Shown here piece by piece: positions 57,401-64,000 of a stretch of DNA of 64,000 nt. Every line of letters begins with the position of its first letter. Position 1 is the stretch's first letter. The notes under the pieces were generated by a model. It was not told where the DNA came from. It ran no database searches and was given only the letters and a program-made list of their open reading frames with translations. Origin of the DNA: Fimicolochytrium jonesii (taxonomy: Eukaryota); NCBI RefSeq assembly GCF_025526975.1, contig NW_026515668.1:1798001-1862000 (forward strand). Direction: 5' to 3'. The translations under genes and the position numbers were made by a program.

Positions 57401-58086
57401 ATCATACAGTCCCTCGAAGATGGGGCAATCTGGGCAGTATTCGCCGACGTTGAACCTCGCTTGCGATTTCTGGATCTCTTCGGCGTCTTCCGGGGTTACT
57501 GTGAGGTGTGGACGCTCAGTGGATCTTTCCCAAAGGGCCTCCCATTTGCTGAAGGGGGACCGGACGAACCTCGGCGCAGGAAATCCAGGTAGTCGTCAGA
57601 GTGAAACTTTGCCATCTCTTTGAAGGTTGCCTCGCTTGGCGTCTGGAATCAAAATATGCAGTTTGCATATCATGAACTCCGTGCTCTTCTCTCCTGGCTA
57701 ACTCGTCATTGACCAAACTCTCTCCATACCGAGACTTCCATCTTCTTCTGCAACCCATATCCCGTCACCAGACTATGCGCCATCTTCACGCGTGCGGGCT
57801 GTGATATCGTCGGGGAAAGTTTCGGTCAGGACTACATTTGAGTGTGGGTACAATAGTGCAATAGAAGTGAGAAGCCAAAGCATACCTTCATGTAATGCTT
57901 CTCCCCATAGTGGTAGTGACCGATATCCGCTGTAAACCGTCGTCAGGTCAGCGTTCGGAGGGAAACGTGAGACGGTCGACCACTTCGGCCCGACCGTAAT
58001 CCCCAACCCTTCGCCAACTTACGATGATACTGGTAAGTAACCTTGCTCTTCCGCTCAGCGGTCGGGCGCTTGTTTCCAAAGTCCAT
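54489..58086 (-). CDS. RPD3: Class I histone deacetylase (RPD3/HDAC1-like) with long acidic disordered tail, multi-exon
   Basis: [71 protein letters not shown] at 58086 (MDFGNKRP). Confidence 0.93.
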
Positions 58087-58528
58087 TGTTGCCGAAAAGG
58101 GGGTTGTTAAATGGTCGAGAGATCCAACCCCTCCGCTTCTCGGTTATAAACCGACCGAAGTCACTTAGGATCCAATCTATGAGAACAGTTGAACTTCCGC
58201 CTATGACCTGCTGATGGCGCTGGCGGGATGCTGGTGGATTTCCTAAGGACGATCTTTGCGGATGGCGGTTAGGAAAAGGGGGCGAAGGAGCCTGGGAGGT
58301 TCAACCGAGGAATGCTGTGAGGCAACCAGCACGTTTTAGGGCGATTTAATTTGCATGGCACGTGAAGCGCATATCACATCTATTCAGGTCCTTTTCCTAT
58401 GGTTCAATAATGAAAAAAACATTGTCGGAACACAACAACTATGCTATAAATCACACTCTATGATGATAGCTTCGAAAAGGGGACGACGTCTCGTCCCATC
58501 TCACCCACAGCCAGTGACGCCGCTGGGC

Positions 58529-60562
58529 TCACAACTCATACCCCACCGTCGGGAACCGTTTCGCAAACTCCACAACCTCCTTCTTCAACTGCTGCAGTTC
58601 CGGCACCTTCTCGCCCTCCCCAAGCTCTTTCTTAAAGTCCACCAGCTTCTTGCTGTTGACCGATTGCGCTACCTTCCGAGTGATTTCCACACCCCGGTGG
58701 ATGAACTGCGCGATGGCAGCAAAGTCTGGCTCGGTGAGGTTGCGGGAGGTCATGGCTGGTGAACCGATGCGGAGTCCGAAGGGGATGAGGGCGGATTTGT
58801 CGCCGGGGACGGTGTTCTTGTTGGAGGCGATGTTGGCGAGTTCCAAGACGCGTTCGACGCGGGCGCCGTCGATGTTCTGTGGTATACGTAGGTTTTAGTT
58901 CAGACGGCTGCCGCTGCGTTCTGCAGTAGGTCCTATCGCGGCACACGTACCTTGCTCCTCAAGTCCAACAATAACAAATGAGTATCCGTGCCTCCAGAGA
59001 CCATATCGTATCCCAATTCCCGGAAGCTGTTCTCAAACTGCTTCGCGTTCTTGAGCACCTGGTTTTGGTACTCCTTGAACTCCGGCTGTTGAGCATGTTT
59101 GAGGGCGACAGCAAGTCCCGTGATGGTGTGGTTGTGTGGCCCGCCTTGGTGTCCGGGGAAGACGGAGAAGTTGATGGGGCTTTCGAGATCGTACAGAATC
59201 TCTGAAGACACCGGATGTGTAAGATGAACCCTCATATTTGGAGGATCAACAGAGCAGCCAATTACCTGCACCCTTCTTGTTGACCTTCCGCACACCCTTG
59301 CGGTAAAAGATCATAGCTCCACGGGGTCCTCGTAGGGATTTGTGAGTGGTGGTCGTGACGATGTCCGAGTGCTCGAATGGTGATGGGAGGACGCCAGCGG
59401 CGACAAGACCCGACACGTGTGCCATATCCGCCAGCAGGTACGCATTGACACTGTCCGCAATCTGTAGATCCGGTACACTCAGCTTTCTGCTCCACTGCTT
59501 CCAAAATGCAAAACCTCGGTCGTACCTTGCGCATCCGCTCGTAGTCCCAGTTCCTGGCGTACGCACTGGCACCAGCCACCAGGATCTTCGGCCTGTACAG
59601 CGTTGCCGTCTTCTGCAGCATATCGTAATCGACCAGTCCCGTGTTCTCGTCAACACGGTACGGCATCGTCTCGAAATACGTCGAAACAGCGGAAATTTTC
59701 TTCGTGTCAGTTTGGTAACCATGCGACAAACTGAATATTGTGCAATCAGCGAGCTGTTCTCCAATCCGTGATCCCCCAATCATAGTCAACCTACTGTCCA
59801 CCGTGAGGTAGGTCCAACCCCATCAACCGTTCGTGAGGTTTCATCAACGCCGAGTAGACGTAAAGGTTGGCGGGTGCCCCAGACAACGCTTGCACATTGA
59901 CACCCCACTTTTCCGGGTCGAGGCCGAACACCTCGAGCGCTCGTTTTTGACAGAGCGTTTCGGCCATGTCAATGAACTCGTTGCCTCCGTAGTAGCGAGC
60001 CCCTGGGTATCCTTCTGAGTATTTGTTTTGCATCACGGAACCGACCGCCTGCATCACCGAGCGGGATGTGAAGTTCTGAGAGTGATGTTGAGCGAAAGTG
60101 AGTCGTAGCCCGGTTTCATATCCGATAGACCTTAAATCCGAGTCCCAACCTCCGATGGAATGAGCACGATACTCTCCGTCTGCCGTTTCATCTCCTTCTT
60201 CAGAATGCTAAAGACTTCAGGGTCTGTTTTCTCCAATGGCTCGTTAAGCACCTGCGGAAGCAGTCGATAAAGGTATAAGATCGTCTTCAACACCGCGTCT
60301 TTCAGAGAATAGGCCTGATCCATCGGCATACCGGCTGTGCTTTCGTTGCGCACGTCACAGTGAACTCGCGTCTTCCCACACTCCTCACCATGGGCGCCTG
60401 CTCAAGTGTCAAGGAAAAAGTCAGCTTTCTATATTGGCCGAGAGCTAACCACTTCGGCACACCTACCGTGGTCTGAACAACTGCTACCTTCGACTTTGCG
60501 AGCTGCAGCAGACACGCCGAAGCGTTCCGTACGCGCGCACGTTGGAATGATCTGGCGAGCAT
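58529..60562 (-). CDS. SHM1: Serine hydroxymethyltransferase, probably mitochondrial, multi-exon
   Basis: [25 protein letters not shown] motif [31 protein letters not shown]. Arg-rich presequence-like N-terminus [12 protein letters not shown]. Confidence 0.95.
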
Positions 60563-62825
60563 CTTTGGAGGACTATGAAGTTGCAACTTTTAGACACTTT
60601 GGTAGAACCAATTGCGAAGTAGCCCCACAGGGACTTTGACCATATAAGGCTCCGTATATCATCCGTATCACCAACCTGGACTCCTATCAAAGATCAAAAC
60701 AGTGCAAAGTTGAAAGCGGTTGAGTGTGGAAAAAGAGCAAACAAGCTTTGGGGAAGCCAAGCCGGGTGAGGTGAAGAGAGCGAACGCGCATATGAGCGAT
60801 CTCGTGAGGGTGACTCACACAACCATCACTGCGCACGGTTCGCGAATCGGGCGTGGAGCGCACGGGAATCCTCACTCATCACATTGCTCCTTCCGAATCT
60901 GTCTCTGCGACGCAAAAGCAGAACATGGCAAACCAAAGTGGCAGCCGTTTTCAGAACCACCACAGACGATACGTCAGTCATACCGGCAGTGACAGCAGCC
61001 AAAATATGTCGGGTAGTGATCTGTACGGACGTCATGGCGGCTTCATCCACATCACGCACAGCACGGCGGTCTTCACAAAGGCCACAGCTTGGGCGGTTAC
61101 GTGGAGACCGCAGAAGTCACCAAGACGATCCCTATGGAGGCGGAGACCACAGCGACCTTCAAGTCGGCTATCATAAAAAAGGCCCATGGCGCATCCCTTG
61201 CCCCTGCCAGACAACATTTCCAGATGTCCATTGCACCTGGCAAGCTCACTCTCGCCAGACCTGCCCAAGCTCCATCAGTAACGGCTTATCTCCAAAACCG
61301 GCAGACGCGGCCGCTGTCTACTCGCCATCGCTCGCCGAGTGATCGCGGTTCGCCATTGTGCGCATTTTGGGGGCGTACTTCATTATTTAGTCCTTATTGA
61401 TATCCTTCCTGGTCGGTGTGTTTCCTGTCGAGCTTGTGCAGCGCCTGGCTAGCAGTCCGAAGAAGTATAAATCAAAACGGAAGATTTCATTTCTTGACAA
61501 GCCGTTTCCCGTGAATTCTCGTCAACTGTCAATGATACCGTCAATCCTGATATGTACTCGGCTCAACTCATCAAATCCATAAATTACGCATTACGTAATT
61601 CGATGACGCATGCCTCCCGTGGGTGACACAGAGAACGAAAAGACTTAAATTTGAGGCATCCATACGACCAACCCTAACCGCTTGGTTGTTGCCCCAAAGC
61701 TGTTGAAATCAGCCGGTCTTTCAACAGGAACCCCATCTCGCCGGCTGATTCCGGCTGAAGACCCTCCCAGAGAGGCACAACTTGGGAACTCTGGACATCT
61801 TGGGAGAGAGGCTCGCATCGAAGGACCCAAGGACAACTTCCTTCGGAAAGCTCATCTTCGAAGTTCCGCGATCTTTCCCAGTTGTAGTTGTGGCCTCGAT
61901 TTGGCGAGAGCGGCATTGACCACCGCGGTGAGGCTCGTAAAGTATTTAGGCCGCAAATGTCACAAACTCTCAGCCTAGGAGGTCTCTCAACGTGCACCAG
62001 AGGCTAAGGGAGGGTCTTATGTCAACGGTGACATCACTATACCCTGGACCCATTCCAAGTCCGCACATCAAGTTTCTCGCCCTTGCACGACGCAACTGCT
62101 TGCACGAGTCCCAACGTCCCAACGTGGCACTGCTGCTATTTATTGAACCCTCAGCGACGATCAATCACACTGATGACCGCCATCTATGTATTCAGACTCC
62201 TCGGCCAAGCTCAAAGCCAAACTTGAAACCCGTCGTCCTCTCCGACTCCCGGGTCTCTCTTCATGGTAGCAAGTTGACACATGGATGGACACAGGCAAGG
62301 CATAATCGAAGCAGCCCGCCACCCGCCGGAGAGCGAAAAAATGATTTAGATAAGCCTGGCAAATTTACCCTCGTACGAGAACACGCTTGTGATTCCGAAA
62401 TTGGGGTGTGAGAGAAGTTGATGAAAACGGTGACAAGGGAAAGCGACGCGCACAGGTTGTGCCCATCGTGCGTCGTCGCCAGCCACAAGAATGAAAGCGT
62501 GCCTTGCCCGTGTGAACCCCTCTTCAAATGCAAATCGTCCAAGTGTGACATCTCCGAAATTGCGACCCGTTGAACCCGTCGGCTGGCCGTCGGGTTCTAA
62601 CGAGATGAGGGCGTTTCTGTATTAGGATCTTCCTCAAGTGATCGGAGAAGTCCTTTTGGGTTTGCCGTCATGTTGTGACCGACTGATGAATTTCCCACTC
62701 GGCGCATATAAAAGCGGAGGGGTGGAGGCAACCCGCCAAGTCCCGCCGTTTCCAGATCCAGTCCAGTCTTTTCCACCACTTTTCCCTCCACCTTTTTTTT
62801 TTTACATATCTCAACTCAAATCCCA

Positions 62826-63852
62826 ATGCATCTCAAAGCCAAGTTCATCGCCGTCGTCTCCGTCCTTGCCGCCTCTGGCGTGCTCGCGCAAGACCTGCCC
62901 ACCAACAACGTCCTCGAGAACGTGAAGGCATTCAACCAGGAGCAGGATGAAGGACACAACACCTACCACATTTCCACCGTCAACAAATACGTACAGTACA
63001 TCGAGAGCATCCTCGCGGGACCCGGCCCGATCACGTTCTTTGCGCCTTCCGACCACTCCTTCATTCGGTTGCAGCAGAGCAACCCGGATTACCTTAAGGA
63101 GTTTTTGGCGTCGCCCAACCTGATCAATGCCACCCTTCACTGTGAGTTTTGGGAATTCTTCTACGTCTGCCGGAATCGGTGTGGCTTTTCTGTTGACATC
63201 ATTACTGACTTGGCATGTTTATGGATTTTTCAGACCACATCACACACCAGATCTACGACATCGCCACCGCCGGTTTGGGACACACCACTATCCCCACCGA
63301 TCTTTACCCGGGCACCATTGACGCCAACATCATCCCCAACGACCCCGCCAAGAACCCCCCAGGATGGGTCCCTGCCATCTTGCAGGGCAGCGAGAACATC
63401 TCGGCCACCATTGTGCACACCATGAAGTCCTCCAACGGAATCCTTTACGTCATTGTAAGCATGGCGAAGCGTTTTGCTATTGATTGATTGCCGTTGTTTG
63501 CATCGAGCATCCGTCTGACCCTATTTTCTTCTCATTTCAGGACACAATGCTGCGACCGGCGCAGGCGCTGCTGGACAACCCCAGGCCGTTTCCCACTTCC
63601 GCCATCGTCACTTCCACTAGTACCAGAGCTGCTACCACTTCGCCCACCGTCGTATCAACCACCCGTACAGCCACAGTTAGTGGAACCGCAGCTTCCTCAA
63701 CCTCGAACAGCACCTCGGTAGACCCGGCAAAGCCCACTACCGCCACTGGTGCTAGCACCGGCGGCTCCAAGAACGGCGCGTCCTCTAGCACTCTTTCCGT
63801 GATTGCCGCCGCTGGTGCCATCCTTGCTGCGATCTCGGTCGTTGCTCTGTAG
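62826..63852 (+). CDS. Secreted fasciclin (FAS1) domain protein with S/T-rich stalk and likely GPI signal, three exons
   Basis: Signal peptide, H1 motif ITFFAPSDHSF, H2 motif SSNGILYVID and hydrophobic C-terminus. Introns at about 63142-63233 and 63455-63540. Confidence 0.85.
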
Positions 63853-64000
63853 ACGGCTTACATATACCCACGCTCCTCTCTCCATAGCCTAATGCGGTTT
63901 GCCTTCGTCGCTTAATCACCTTCATGGAATCTGGCATTTCATCCCCTCATTACATAACACTAGTAGATAGAGATATCACCTAACTACCTTGTGATCTAGT

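Noticed and set aside
60650..62750. Many short overlapping ORFs between SHMT and the fasciclin gene
   Set aside because: No motifs or consistent splice pattern; treated as intergenic.

Overview
Eukaryotic, most likely fungal, genomic DNA with short GT-AG introns. Host genes lie at both ends: an M1 aminopeptidase on the left; acyl-CoA oxidase, an RPD3-type HDAC, SHMT and a GPI-anchored fasciclin on the right. Between them is a ~48 kb accessory island. Its centre (16598-~37350) is an AT-richer, gene-dense endogenous Polinton-like virus/virophage-type genome. It encodes a double-jelly-roll major capsid, penton, A32-type packaging ATPase, a >2100-aa fibre with adenovirus-shaft-like repeats, an RVE integrase with chromodomain, a tyrosine recombinase and a TV-Pol/D5 primase-helicase fusion. 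It also has a putative iteron origin, a shared TCT-N11-TAA upstream motif and one spliceosomal intron. The virus is flanked and truncated by Ty3/gypsy LTR retrotransposons: two near-identical chromovirus copies (one intact, TSD CAGAC, nested in an older second family), a tandem fragment and an inverted solo LTR. The chromovirus shows a self-priming PBS, and both families have a G_GAU_UUU -1 frameshift site. A Crinkler-type NTPase-REase-HhH gene lies near the left edge. All family calls come from motif recognition by eye; no database search was run.
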